Part shown: positions 37,852 through 51,225 of the stretch, piece by piece | Position numbering within the stretch: position 1 is the stretch's first letter | Layout: every line of letters starts with the position of its first letter | DNA from: Eledone cirrhosa | Lineage: Eukaryota | DNA length: 64,000 bases | Assembly: GCA_964016885.1 (NCBI GenBank) | Contig: OZ024741.1 | Span: forward strand, 408,642,001 to 408,706,000 | Direction: 5' to 3' | Program-made: the position numbers and the translations under genes | Notes under the pieces: model-generated | Database searches by the model: none | Told to the model about the DNA's origin: nothing | What the model saw: the letters and a program-made list of their open reading frames with translations, nothing else

Positions 37852-40800
37852 TATATATATCTAGCTGACTATATATATCTAGCTGACTATATATATCTAG
37901 CTGACTCTATATATCTAGCTGACTATATATATCTAGCTGACTATATATATCTAGCTGACTATATATATCTAGGTGACTATATATATCTAGCTGACTATAT
38001 ATATCTAGCTGACTATATATATCTAGCTGACTATATATATCTAGGTGACTATATATATCTAGCTGACTATATATATCTAGCTGACTATATATACCTAGGT
38101 GACTATATATATCTAGCTGACTATATATATCTAGGTGACTATATATATCTAGCTGACTATATATATCTAGCTGACTATATATATCTAGCTGACTATATAT
38201 ATCTAGGTGACTATATATATCTAGCTGACTATATATATCTAGCTGACTATATATACCTAGGTGACTATATATATCTAGCTGACTATATATATCTAGCTGA
38301 CTATATATATCTAGCTGACTATATATATCTAGGTGACTATATATATCTAGCTGACTATATATATCTAGCTGACTATATATATCTAGGTGACTATATATAT
38401 CTAGCTGACTATATATATCTAGCTGACTCTATATATCTAGCTGACTCTATATATCTAGGTGACTATATATATCTAGCTGACTATATATATCTAGCTGACT
38501 ATATATATCTAGCTGACTATATATATCTAGCTGACTATATATACCTAGGTGACTATATATATCTAGCTGACTATATATATCTAGCTGACTATATATATCT
38601 AGCTGACTATATATATCTAGCTGACTATATATATCTAGGTGACTATATATATCTAGCTGACTATATATATCTAGGTGACTATATATATCTAGGTGACTAT
38701 ATATATCTAGGTGACTATATATATCTAGCTGACTATATATATCTAGCTGACTATATATATCTAGGTGACTATATATATCTAGCTGACTCTATATATCTAG
38801 CTGACTATATATATCTAGCTGACTCTATATATCTAGCTGACTCTATATACCTAGGTGACTCTATATATCTAGCTGACTATATATATCTAGCTGACTATAT
38901 ATATCTAGCTGACTATATATATCTAGGTGACTATATATATCTAGGTGACTATATATATCTAGGTGACTCTATATATCTAGCTGACTATATATATCTAGCT
39001 GACTATATATATCTAGCTGACTATATATATCTAGCTGACTATATATATCTAGCTGACTATATATATCTAGCTGACTATATATACCTAGGTGACTCTATAT
39101 ATCTAGGTGACTATATATATCTAGCTGACTATATATATCTAGCTGACTATATATATCTAGCTGACTATATATATCTAGGTGACTATATATATCTAGCTGA
39201 CTATATATATCTAGCTGACTATATATATCTAGCTGACTATATATATCTAGGTGACTCTATATATCTAGCTGACTATATATATCTAGCTGACTATATATAT
39301 CTAGGTGACTATATATATCTAGCTGACTATATATATCTAGCTGACTATATATATCTAGCTGACTATATATATCTAGGTGACTATATATATCTAGGTGACT
39401 ATATATATCTAGGTGACTATATATATCTAGGTGACTCTATATATCTAGCTGACTCTATATATATCTAGCTGACTATATATATCTAGCTGACTATATATAT
39501 CTAGCTGACTATATATATCTAGGTGACTCTATATACCTAGGTGACTATATATATCTAGGTGACTATATATATCTAGGTGACTATATATATCTAGCTGACT
39601 ATATATATCTAGCTGACTATATATATCTAGCTGACTATATATATCTAGGTGACTATATATATCTAGCTGACTATATATATCTAGCTGACTATATATATCT
39701 AGCTGACTATATATATCTAGCTGACTATATATATCTAGCTGACTCTATATATCTAGCTGACTCTATATATCTAGCTGACTCTATATACCTAGGTGACTAT
39801 ATATATCTAGCTGACTCTATATATCTAGGTGACTCTATATATCTAGCTGACTATATATATCTAGCTGACTGTATATATCTAGGTGACTCTATATATCTAG
39901 CTGACTATATATATCTAGGTGACTCTATATATCTAGCTGACTATATATATCTAGCTGACTGTATATATCTAGGTGACTCTATATATCTAGCTGACTATAT
40001 ATATCTAGCTGACTATATATATCTAGCTGACTATATATATCTAGGTGAGTATATATATCTAAGTGACTATATATATCTAGGTGACTCTATATATCTAGCT
40101 GACTATATATATCTAGCTGACTATATATATCTAGGTGACTCTATATATCTAGCTGACTATATATATCTAGCTGACTATATATATCTAGCTGACTATATAT
40201 ATCTAGGTGACTATATATATCTAGGTGACTATATATATCTAGCTGACTATATATATCTAGCTGACTATATATATCTAGGTGACTATATATATCTAGGTGA
40301 CTATATATATCTAGGTGACTCTATATATCTAGCTGACTATATATACCTAGGTGACTCTATATATCTAGCTGACTATATATATCTAGCTGACTATATATAT
40401 CTAGCTGACTATATATATCTAGCTGACTCTATATATCTAGCTGACTATATATATCTAGCTGACTATATATATCTAGCTGACTATATATATCTAGGTGACT
40501 ATATATATCTAGGTGACTCTATATATCTAGCTGACTATATATATCTAGCTGACTATATATATCTAGCTGACTATATATATCTAGCTGACTCTATATATCT
40601 AGCTGACTATATATATCTAGGTGTCTATATATATCTAGCTGACTATATATATCTAGGTGACTATATATATCTAGGTGACTATATATATCTAGCTGACTAT
40701 ATATATCTAGGTGACTCTATATATCTAGGTGACTATATATATCTAGCTGACTATATATATCTAGCTGACTATATATATCTAGCTGACTATATATATCTAG

Positions 40801-41177
40801 CTGACTATATATATCTAGCTGACTATATATATCTAGCTGACTATATATATCTAGCTGACTATATATATCTAGCTGACTATATATATCTAGCTGACTATAT
40901 ATATCTAGCTGACTATATATATCTAGCTGACTATATATATCTAGCTGACTATATATATACGATGGACACATGTGCTGAGCTCGCTCGGTAAGTTTTTGTT
41001 TAAATTCATACGGAAATTGTAAACTGTAAACTTTCATTTTTGTATCATTTTGTAGAGGGACTGCCAGGTCAAATTTTGATCTGGTCGGTCTCTCAAAATA
41101 TTCTGCGCCTTTGGGCGAAATAGTATTGTGAACATTTTATCTTTCGAAAAACTTCGAAAAACCCTATTTTGAGAAAA

Positions 41178-41357
41178 ATGGCTGAAGCATCTTCACCATC
41201 AATCAAAGAAAGAAAAGGGAAGTCATACTCACAGCTTCCCCCTGCCACTGTCACAGCAGCAGATGCCAAAGGCAGAGGTCAGAGAGAGGAAGAATTGTCT
41301 TCACCTGTTGACCGACCACTAGATGTAGCCACAACTACACAAGAATTTGAAAACAAC

Positions 41358-41388
<31 letters not shown>

Positions 41389-43032
41389 GCAACAATAAAG
41401 ACAACAAAAACAACAACAACACAAACGTCACAAGTATCCACACACGAAACGAGAAAGACAACAACAACAACAAAGATGAAAACAACGCAAACGACGAGAA
41501 ACAAAACAATACTAATATCCAAAACGAAAACAAAATATCTTTTGCACAAACGGCTAAATTATCAGTCGCTTATGTGCTGGAAGATATTTCAAAAGCAAAA
41601 GAAATGCTGGAAAAAGCCAAGAAATATGTGTCTTTTGGCGAAAACGGATCGTTTTCTATACATTCACCTCCGGAGCTAAAAAGACAGACGGAATTACGAA
41701 CTGTCGTATTCCGAACAATTTTAAATAAAACAAAGAAACCAGCGCAACCATCTCAAACGGAAACTCAGTTAGTCTTGAAAGACGCGATGAGAGACATCAC
41801 TTTCATACAAAAGGATAAACTCTATGGGAGTTTATCCATATTGATGAAAGACGAATTGGCGGCAAAAAAATACTCTGTGTCGCCAATTCGGTCCACACAC
41901 TACACCTTCTTCCCCACCTACATGGGTAAAAAAACCCAGAGGATATGGATAACCACCATCACCCCAAACATAAACTACTGGTGGTTACTAACCGGTTTCC
42001 TCAATTTAGACGAGGACAACCTCATCTCAATAGGGAAGGCATCCGGCGACGCGTTCAGTGGAACGAGCCTCGAAGTTCTGACCCAAATAAGGCCAGAACG
42101 CATCGCCCAAATCCCTGAGCGCGTCATGCTGGATGACCGTACCCACCTCAACATTATTGTGGAGGGTAGGCGTCCCTCCTGTTACCTCTGTGGCAATAGA
42201 GGTCACTTGAGGGCTGCCTGTCCCCAGCTCACACAGAAAAAAACACTGCTACCAACACCAACACCACCCCAACTACAACAACAAAAACAACCACAACAAC
42301 AACAAAAACCAACAACCCCACCACCACCACCACCACAACAACAACAACAAACACGTGAAAAAATAACACAGAATACTGTCCCACCCAATCCCTCCCCACC
42401 CAAAACAAATACAAAAACACGCACACCGCAAACACTACCAGAAAACATACCCCTCCCACCCAACAAGGAAGACGAACCTCTTTCGTCGCAAGACGAAAAA
42501 GATCCCTTCCAACAAGTAAAAAGAAAGAAGAGGAGACGCACCACAGACACACATGTTAACTTTAATCCCCCCCCAAGAGAACACAAACTACACACAAACC
42601 ACCCCTCCCTGTCACACAACACTAACTGCTACACAAAAAAAGACATTACAATACACATACATGAACACAGACAACAAAGAATTACGGAAAACAATTTCAG
42701 CAAACCCTTCGGTCCAAACCGAAGGGCCAAACTTTATAACTGCTGTGGGACTACCTCATTTGAAAATGATAAAAGTCCCAATGCACTTGTACAAAACACT
42801 GAAAATAAATTTCACGGAGGACGTGGGCCCCCCCTGCGCCAAACCAATCAACCGCGTCCTCCTAAAAAATTTCACCCCCCCACCTCACCCAGACACCCAC
42901 TCAACGACAAACACCCCAACCCCACAACACACCGATGCCCCTTCACTTCCACAAACCACAACCCCACCCAACAACCCATCCCCAACCAGCATGGAAATTG
43001 AGCGGCCCGTTTCCCGGGACGCAGAGAGGTAA
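41178..43032 (+). CDS. ORF1 type A, gag-like protein with CCHC knuckle; one frameshift at ~42540-42650
   Basis: CYLCGNRGHLRAAC, Asn-rich and Pro/Gln-rich tracts. The C-terminus homologous to copies 2 and 4 lies in the 42553-43032 frame. Confidence 0.82.
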
Positions 43033-43056
43033 GTGCCTTTTCTCTTTACCACCAAC

Positions 43057-46000
43057 ATGGCTGTGCTAAGAGTAGGGTGTCTAAATGCGCGTGGCCTGGG
43101 CTCGTCTTGGAAGCAAGCAATGCTTCTAAATGACCTCAGGTCACAATCTATAAATGTGATGGTTATCTGCGAGGCCCGGATCAGCAGCATGCGACAGCTA
43201 GCCCCCACCTTTGACGACTTTGAGATGCACGCATCTCTCTGTCAGCCCGGAGGTGGGGGTGGGGTTGTCGTTCTGCTGCAAAAACATATGGGCCTTGCAA
43301 CACAGATAGTTCACTTGGACCCAGGGGGTCGACTGGTGGTGCTGGACCTTGGCAGTGGTGAAGGTAGAGCCTTTAGGCTGATAGCCGCATATGCCCCTTT
43401 TGGGACAGAGCGGCCCGACTTTTTCCAGCGTCTGGAGTCTTTTCTAGGGACGTCCCGTTCCCTGCTTTTAGTGGGGGATTGGAATGGTATCCTGGATGCA
43501 CGTTGGGACTATGCAGGGGCATGTCCCGATAGAGAGGGGTGCAACAGCCTCAAGGGGTTACTCGGCCGATTTGACCTGGCCGATAGATTTCGACTAGATT
43601 TTCCGACGGTGCCAACCTGGTCTTGGTCAAATCGCAGCGGATCATCTAGATCGTACCTAGATAGATTTTTAGTTAGAAATAAGGACAGGGACTTTTTAAG
43701 TTGTCCAGAAATGCTCATGGTTGGCTATTCAGACCACAAGTTGGTGACCTGCATGGTCAACCTTGATAGAACGCATAGACAGGGCCCCGGTTACTGGAAG
43801 CTCAACTTGTCCTTGCCGGCAAGTAGAGCCTACAGGAATCGGATTAGTACGTTAGTTAAGGAACGGTTGACTGGAGCGATCGTCAACAGCAGGTGGTGGG
43901 TATCTCTAAAGAGAGAGATTAGAGTAGTCTCGATTGAATTTAGTAAGGTTCTAGCTGCGGATAGGAATAGGAAGGAAAGGGAGCTAATAGATAGAGTAGA
44001 AGAGGCAATTAGAAGCGGCGACGTGGCCAGAGTGCTAGCGTCGAGAACGGCTTTGAGCCAGTTTTTCGACGCGAAGCACGAAGGCTGCGTTGTCCGAAGT
44101 AAAATACGTGCTCTAGGGAACGAGGGGGCCAAAGCTGTTAGCTGGGCCCGCGTGACAGAGGCCAACAGTGGAACTAAATCCACCATCCGGTCTTTGCGAG
44201 ACCTGGATGGACGGGCGATTCTTGAGCCTAAGCAGATGTGTGAGGCCTTTCAAAGGCACTTTGCCCGACTGTTCGGGAGGGGCGGGGAGCCGGTTGGAAA
44301 CGTGGACTTCGGTCCATACCTCGACGGCCTGCCGCGCCTCTCGGACAGGGAGGCGAAGTCTTGCGAGGAGCCGATTTCGGCCGCTGAGATAGAGGACGTG
44401 CTGGGCCAATGCGGCAAACGCAAATCCCCGGGTCTCGATGGTCTTCCTTACGAATTATATCTAGCTATGCCGGACTTGTTCCCCGATCTCCTCGAGGCGG
44501 TCTACTGCAACTGGCAACAGAACGGGAGAATTCCCTGTACTGTGACCAAGGGCGTAGTCACGCTAGTGAGGAAGGACGAGAACAAGGGGGACGAAATAAG
44601 TAACTTCAGGCCCATAACTCTGCTAAATACAGAGTTACAGATTTTGGCCAAGGTGCTAGCAAAGAGGTTGGCGCTTGTCGTGGGCAACCTGGTGGGAGAT
44701 GCGCAGACATGCGCTATCCCGTCCAGGTCCATCCATGACAACCTCCACCTCATGCGATACATCATAGAGAGGGTTGGGAACGAACCCGGCTTTGGTGGGG
44801 CTCTGATCAACTTGGATCAATCTAAGGCGTTCGATAGGGTCGACCATGGTTACCTGAATGCGGTGCTAGCGGCGGCAGGCTTCGGACCCGTTTTCAGGGG
44901 CTGGATCACTGCTATGCACAGCAGCCGCATCTGCTCTAGGGTCAAGGTGAACGGCTACCTCTCGGAGCCGTTCAAAATCGCGCGGTCCATCCGACAAGGG
45001 TGCCCTCTCTCCTCCCTTCTGTATGTGTTGACTCTCGAGCCACTACTGCGGAAGTTGGAGTTGTTGCAGGGCATCCCTTTGGAACCGGGATTGCGGAAAG
45101 CGGTGTCGGCCTACGCCGATGATGTGACAGTAATGGTGTCGACGGCCTCCGAAATCGAGGCGGTCGGCACCTTACTGGAGGAGTACGAAAAGTTCACAGG
45201 GGCTAAGCTGAACCGGGACAAGTCGATCGGTTTGCAACTCGGCACGTGGAGGGGCAGACCGATGCCCTCCGATGGCGTCGTCGGACGCTGGACGGAGGGC
45301 CCGGTGAAGTTGCTCGGGGTCTGGTTCGGACCGGACCTCCAGGTGGAGAAAAACTGGGCGGAGGTTACGAACAGGGTGTTTGCACTGACCCAGAAGTGGG
45401 CCAGTTGCAAACTATCCCTGAAAGGTCGGGCGGAGGTGGCGAACACTTATATAGCGTCCGTCATCTACTACCGCCTGACCGTAGTGCCCTGCCCAAGGGA
45501 AACCCTCACCAAGATGGAGCGCGCGCTCTTCCAATTCCTTTGGAAGGGGCGGGCTCCTATGGTGAGGAGATCCATCTGCTGTCAACACCCTTCGAAAGGA
45601 GGGCTGGGGATGCCGTGGCTAATGATGCGTAAACACGCATTAAGGCTACGGCACCTCTACGTATTCCTCACCGGACAACCGGTGTGGGCCTCGTTTGTGA
45701 GACGAACCTTTCCCAGACTCGTCTCACTCACCGAGCTGCAATCCTGGGTCAAGCAAAGACCGAGAAAACTGGGCGCCTGGCACACTGAGTGTGCCCAGGC
45801 GCTCACCGCCCTCTGGCAAGCGGATCCGGTTATCAGTGGAGACTCCACCGCAACATTCTATAGAGGGCTGGTACGCAGCAGGTGCGACGACGCCCTCGGA
45901 GAAGCCCTAGACATGGAGGAGGACGAACTGGCCAGCCTGTTCGGTAGGACATTCAGCCCGGGACCTATGGACAACTTCCAGAAGTCCCTGGCCTGGCAGT

Positions 46001-46494
46001 GCTACCGAGGGGCTTTACCCGTTCGAGAAAGGCTCTACAGACACGGGCGCCCGGGTAGGGACCCCGCCAAAAAGATCTGTCCCAGATGCGTGTGCGACGA
46101 GGAAACCGTTGCACACGCATTGGTACACTGCTCGGGCGTAGCCGATCTGTGGGGCTATGTCGAACAACTGCTGTCAAGGGTGGGACCGATCCGGTTGACC
46201 ACCGAGTCTATTGTAATGATCAAGCCGCCTCCCCCCTTCAAAGATGAAGCAGAGGCGGTGTTTCTGTGCGTAATAGCCATGGCGAAAGAGGTTGTATGGT
46301 GGACGCGTCTGAAAGGACTGAGGTCAGGCACCTTTCTCTCTGGCCAACAACTGGTCCGTTTCTTCCGATATCATTTCGGAAGAAGGATCAGGATGGAGAG
46401 AGAGGTGCTGCACCCCAGTCGTTTTTATGAAAGGTGGGTGAAAGTGGCGAGAATGGCCCGTGTGAATGGGCCTTCTCTTTACATAAGCCTGTAG
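43057..46494 (+). CDS. ORF2: AP endonuclease, reverse transcriptase, zinc finger
   Basis: Uninterrupted, with the same motifs as copy 2. Confidence 0.93.
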   Translation: MAVLRVGCLNARGLGSSWKQAMLLNDLRSQSINVMVICEARISSMRQLAPTFDDFEMHASLCQPGGGGGVVVLLQKHMGLATQIVHLDPGGRLVVLDLGSGEGRAFRLIAAYAPFGTERPDFFQRLESFLGTSRSLLLVGDWNGILDARWDYAGACPDREGCNSLKGLLGRFDLADRFRLDFPTVPTWSWSNRSGSSRSYLDRFLVRNKDRDFLSCPEMLMVGYSDHKLVTCMVNLDRTHRQGPGYWKLNLSLPASRAYRNRISTLVKERLTGAIVNSRWWVSLKREIRVVSIEFSKVLAADRNRKERELIDRVEEAIRSGDVARVLASRTALSQFFDAKHEGCVVRSKIRALGNEGAKAVSWARVTEANSGTKSTIRSLRDLDGRAILEPKQMCEAFQRHFARLFGRGGEPVGNVDFGPYLDGLPRLSDREAKSCEEPISAAEIEDVLGQCGKRKSPGLDGLPYELYLAMPDLFPDLLEAVYCNWQQNGRIPCTVTKGVVTLVRKDENKGDEISNFRPITLLNTELQILAKVLAKRLALVVGNLVGDAQTCAIPSRSIHDNLHLMRYIIERVGNEPGFGGALINLDQSKAFDRVDHGYLNAVLAAAGFGPVFRGWITAMHSSRICSRVKVNGYLSEPFKIARSIRQGCPLSSLLYVLTLEPLLRKLELLQGIPLEPGLRKAVSAYADDVTVMVSTASEIEAVGTLLEEYEKFTGAKLNRDKSIGLQLGTWRGRPMPSDGVVGRWTEGPVKLLGVWFGPDLQVEKNWAEVTNRVFALTQKWASCKLSLKGRAEVANTYIASVIYYRLTVVPCPRETLTKMERALFQFLWKGRAPMVRRSICCQHPSKGGLGMPWLMMRKHALRLRHLYVFLTGQPVWASFVRRTFPRLVSLTELQSWVKQRPRKLGAWHTECAQALTALWQADPVISGDSTATFYRGLVRSRCDDALGEALDMEEDELASLFGRTFSPGPMDNFQKSLAWQCYRGALPVRERLYRHGRPGRDPAKKICPRCVCDEETVAHALVHCSGVADLWGYVEQLLSRVGPIRLTTESIVMIKPPPPFKDEAEAVFLCVIAMAKEVVWWTRLKGLRSGTFLSGQQLVRFFRYHFGRRIRMEREVLHPSRFYERWVKVARMARVNGPSLYISL

Positions 46495-49408
46495 GTGGAA
46501 AAGAGGAAGGAACGAGGGAGCACCCTCTCTCTGTGCTCCTGAGGGAAAAGGGTTGCACACTTTTTTCGGGGGTGTGTGCGACCCCCCAAGGCGCCTCCTC
46601 TCTATTGAGGATTTTGTTAAAAATTTTATTTTTGTTATATCTTATTTTATTTTTATATTTTGTTATTGCCTCCTCCTTATTGAGGACGCCTTTTTGTGTA
46701 AACTCCCCCCTTTGTACTTGTCCCACTTTTGATGCCCTAGTGGCAAATAAAAGAAACTTATATATATCTAGGTGACTATATATATCTAGCTGACTATATA
46801 TATCTAGCTGACTCTATATATCTAGGTGACTATATATATCTAGCTGACTATATATATCTAGGTGACTATATATATCTAGCTGACTATATATATCTAGCTG
46901 ACTCTATATATCTAGCTGACTATATATATCTAGGTGACTATATATATCTAGCTGACTATATATATCTAGGTGACTATATATATCTAGCTGACTATATATA
47001 TCTAGCTGACTCTATATATCTAGGTGACTATATATATCTAGCTGACTATATATATCTAGGTGACTATATATATCTAGCTGACTATATATATCTAGCTGAC
47101 TCTATATATCTAGCTGACTATATATATCTAGCTGACTCTATATATCTAGCTGACTATATATATCTAGCTGACTATATATATCTAGCTGACTATATATATC
47201 TAGGTGACTATATATATCTAGCTGACTATATATATCTAGCTGACTATATATATCTAGGTGACTCTATATATCTAGGTGACTCTATATATCTAGGTGACTC
47301 TATATATCTAGGTGACTCTATATATCTAGCTGACTATATATATCTAGCTGACTATATATATCTAGGTGACTATATATATCTAGCTGACTATATATATCTA
47401 GCTGACTATATATATCTAGCTGACTATATATACCTAGGTGACTCTATATATCTAGGTGACTATATATATCTAGCTGACTATATATATCTAGCTGACTCTA
47501 TATATCTAGCTGACTATATATATCTAGCTGACTATATATATCTAGCTGACTATATATATCTAGCTGACTCTATATATCTAGCTGACTATATATATCTAGC
47601 TGACTATATATATCTAGGTGACTATATATATCTAGCTGACTATATATATCTAGCTGACTATATATATCTAGCTGACTATATATACCTAGGTGACTCTATA
47701 TATCTAGGTGACTATATATATCTAGCTGACTATATATATCTAGCTGACTATATATATCTAGGTGACTATATATATCTAGCTGACTATATATATCTAGCTG
47801 ACTATATATATCTAGCTGACTATATATACCTAGGTGACTCTATATATCTAGCTGACTATATATATCTAGCTGACTCTATATATCTAGCTGACTATATATA
47901 TCTAGCTGACTATATATATCTAGCTGACTATATATATCTAGGTGACTATATATATCTAGCTGACTATATATATCTAGCTGACTATATATATCTAGCTGAC
48001 TATATATATCTAGCTGACTATATATATCTAGCTGACTATATATATCTAGCTGACTATATATATCTAGCTGACTCTATATATCTAGCTGACTCTATATATC
48101 TAGCTGACTATATATATCTAGCTGACTATATATATCTAGGTGACTATATATATCTAGCTGACTATATATATCTAGCTGACTATATATATCTAGCTGACTC
48201 TATATATCTAGCTGACTCTATATATCTAGCTGACTATATATATCTAGCTGACTATATATATCTAGGTGACTATATATATCTAGCTGACTATATATATCTA
48301 GCTGACTATATATATCTAGCTGACTCTATATATCTAGCTGACTATATATATCTAGCTGACTATATATATCTAGCTGACTATATATATCTAGCTGACTATA
48401 TATACCTAGCTGACTATATATACCTAGCTGACTATATATATCTAGCTGACTATATATATCTAGCTGACTATATATATCTAGCTGACTCTATATATCTAGG
48501 TGACTATATATATCTAGGTGACTATATATATCTAGCTGACTATATATATCTAGGTGACTATATATATCTAGCTGACTATATATATCTAGCTGACTATATA
48601 TATCTAGCTGACTATATATATCTAGGTGACTCTATATATCTAGCTGACTATATATATCTAGCTGACTCTATATATCTAGGTGACTCTATATATCTAGCTG
48701 ACTATATATATCTAGCTGACTATATATATCTAGCTGACTATATATCTAGCTGACTATATATATCTAGCTGACTATATATATCTAGGTGACTCTATATATC
48801 TAGCTGACTATATATATCTAGCTGACTATATATACCTAGGTGACTCTATATATCTAGGTGACTCTATATATCTAGCTGACTATATATATCTAGCTGACTA
48901 TATATATCTAGCTGACTCTATATACCTAGGTGACTCTATATATCTAGCTGACTATATATATCTAGCTGACTATATATATCTAGCTGACTATATATATCTA
49001 GCTGACTCTATATATCTAGGTGACTCTATATATCTAGCTGACTATATATATCTAGCTGACTATATATACCTAGGTGACTCTATATATCTAGCTGACTATA
49101 TATATCTAGCTGACTATATATATCTAGCTGACTATATATATCTAGCTGACTATATATATCTAGCTGACTATATATATCTAGCTATCTATCTATCTGGGAT
49201 GGACACACGCGTATAACTTGCTGAGTAAGTTCTGTTTAAATTTCTATAGAAATTCTTGTCTGATAACTTTAATTTTTGTACCATTTTGTAGAGGGACTGC
49301 CAGGTCAAACTTTGATCTGGTCAGTCTCTCAAAATATTCTACGCCTTTAGGCGAAATAGTTAAAAAAAAAAAAAAGTTTTTTCTTGTTGAAAAGTCAATA
49401 TTTTTTTA

Positions 49409-51201
49409 ATGGCCGAAGCTTCTTCACCAAAATTCGAAGGAGGAAAGGGGAAGATGAACTTACAGCTTCCCCCTGCCACTGTCACAGTAGCAGAGGTCAA
49501 GAAGAAAGGTCAGCCAGAGGAAGAATTCTCTCCACCTGTTAACCGACAACTTGACGTTGCCATGGCAACAACCCAAAGAACCAGCAGCAACAGCAACAAC
49601 AACAACAATGCGACGGACGAAAACAACACCAATAACAATAACAATAACAACAACAACAAGACCAATAACGGTGACAACAACAACAATGATAACAACAACA
49701 CCACCAACGACAACAACAACACAAACAAACAAAATTTCTCCTTCGCCGAGACGACAAGGAAAACCCTCGACTATCTGCCAGTAGATATAACAAAAGCGAA
49801 GGAGCTACTGGCGGATGCGAAAAAATATATAGTGTACGGGGAAAATGGTTCTTTCACAATCCATTCCCCCCCGGAACTAAAAAGCCAGAGACTCCTAAAC
49901 ACGGTCATGTTTAGGACAATCTCGAACAAAAGTAAAAAACCAGCTCAACCATCACAGAGCGAGATAGAGCTGGTTTTAAAAGACGTCATGAAGGACATCA
50001 CCTTCATTCAGAAGGATAGACTCTACGGGAGTCTATCCATTCTCATGAAGGACAGGGACACAGCAGTGAAACTGTCCATCAAACCAATCACATCCATCGC
50101 ATACACCTTCTACCCTACGTACATGGGTAGAAGAACACAAAAAATAAAAATCCACACCATCCTGCCGATTATGGACATATGGTGGGTTTTGACAGGTTTT
50201 CTGGACCTGGAGGATGACATGCTGGTGTCCATGGGAAAGGCATCGGGTGACGCGTTCAGTGGAACGAGCCTCGAACTTGTAGTTCAAATGAGGCCCGAAA
50301 GGATCGCCCAGATCCCTGAACGCGTCATACTGGATGATCTAACCTTCATCAACATTACCGTTGAGGGTAGACGGCCCTCGTGTTACCTCTGCGGAACCAG
50401 AGGTCACCTGAGGGCTGTCTGTCCCCAACTTAATAAGAAAACCCCAATCCTGCCTACACCACCAACAACTGCACAACCAACACAATCACCACAACTACCA
50501 CTACAAAAACAACCACCACAGCTCAAACCAAAACAAAACAATGTCCAACCCATCCCCTCCACTCAAAAAACAAAAACAATTTCCAAAACACCCGTACCGC
50601 AAACACAACCCGAAAATATACCCCTCCCCTCCAACGCGGAAGATGACCCTAGTTCGTCGTCAGACGAGGAGGAGCACTTCCACACAATCAAAAGAAAAAA
50701 AATAAAACACACCTCAGACACACAAATGAAAAATAACCCTCCCCAAAACATAACACTGACACCAACACAAAAGAGCTCACAACAACAGCAAACAAAAAAC
50801 ACCACACAAAAACAAAAACATGCATACACATACATAAATACAAGAAACAAAAAACTGTTAAACATTGTGTACAACAACAATCTAATAAAAACACAAGGGC
50901 CTAACTTCACCCAGGCAGGGGATTTCCCCCACCTCAAAATGATTAAGGCCCCACAGGACACCTATAAAACTCTAAAAAACAATTTTAAAGAGGACGTGGG
51001 TCCCCCCTGCGTCGGGCCCATTAACCGCGTCCTCCTAAAAAACTATCCCACCCCTCCCCAAACACCCACACAACTCCAAGCTCCCCAACCACACAACACA
51101 CTGATGCCCCCACACTTCCACAAACCACCACCCCACCCAACAACCCATCCCCCACCCTAATGGAAATTGTGCAGCCCGATACCCGGGACGCAGAGAGGTA
51201 A
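49409..51201 (+). CDS. ORF1 type B with CCHC knuckle; 1-nt deletion at ~51051
   Basis: CYLCGTRGHLRAVC. C4 here versus C5 in copy 2 shifts the frame; the restored frame ends DAER-TAA. Confidence 0.85.
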
Positions 51202-51225
51202 GTGCCTTTTCTCTTCACCACCAAC

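Larger units (their letters stand above)
40960..46757 (+). mobile_element. Tx1-like copy 3, full length (ORF1 type A)
   Basis: 5' GATGGACACA shared with copy 4; ORF1 plus ORF2; TATATATAT on both sides (putative TSD). Confidence 0.95.
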
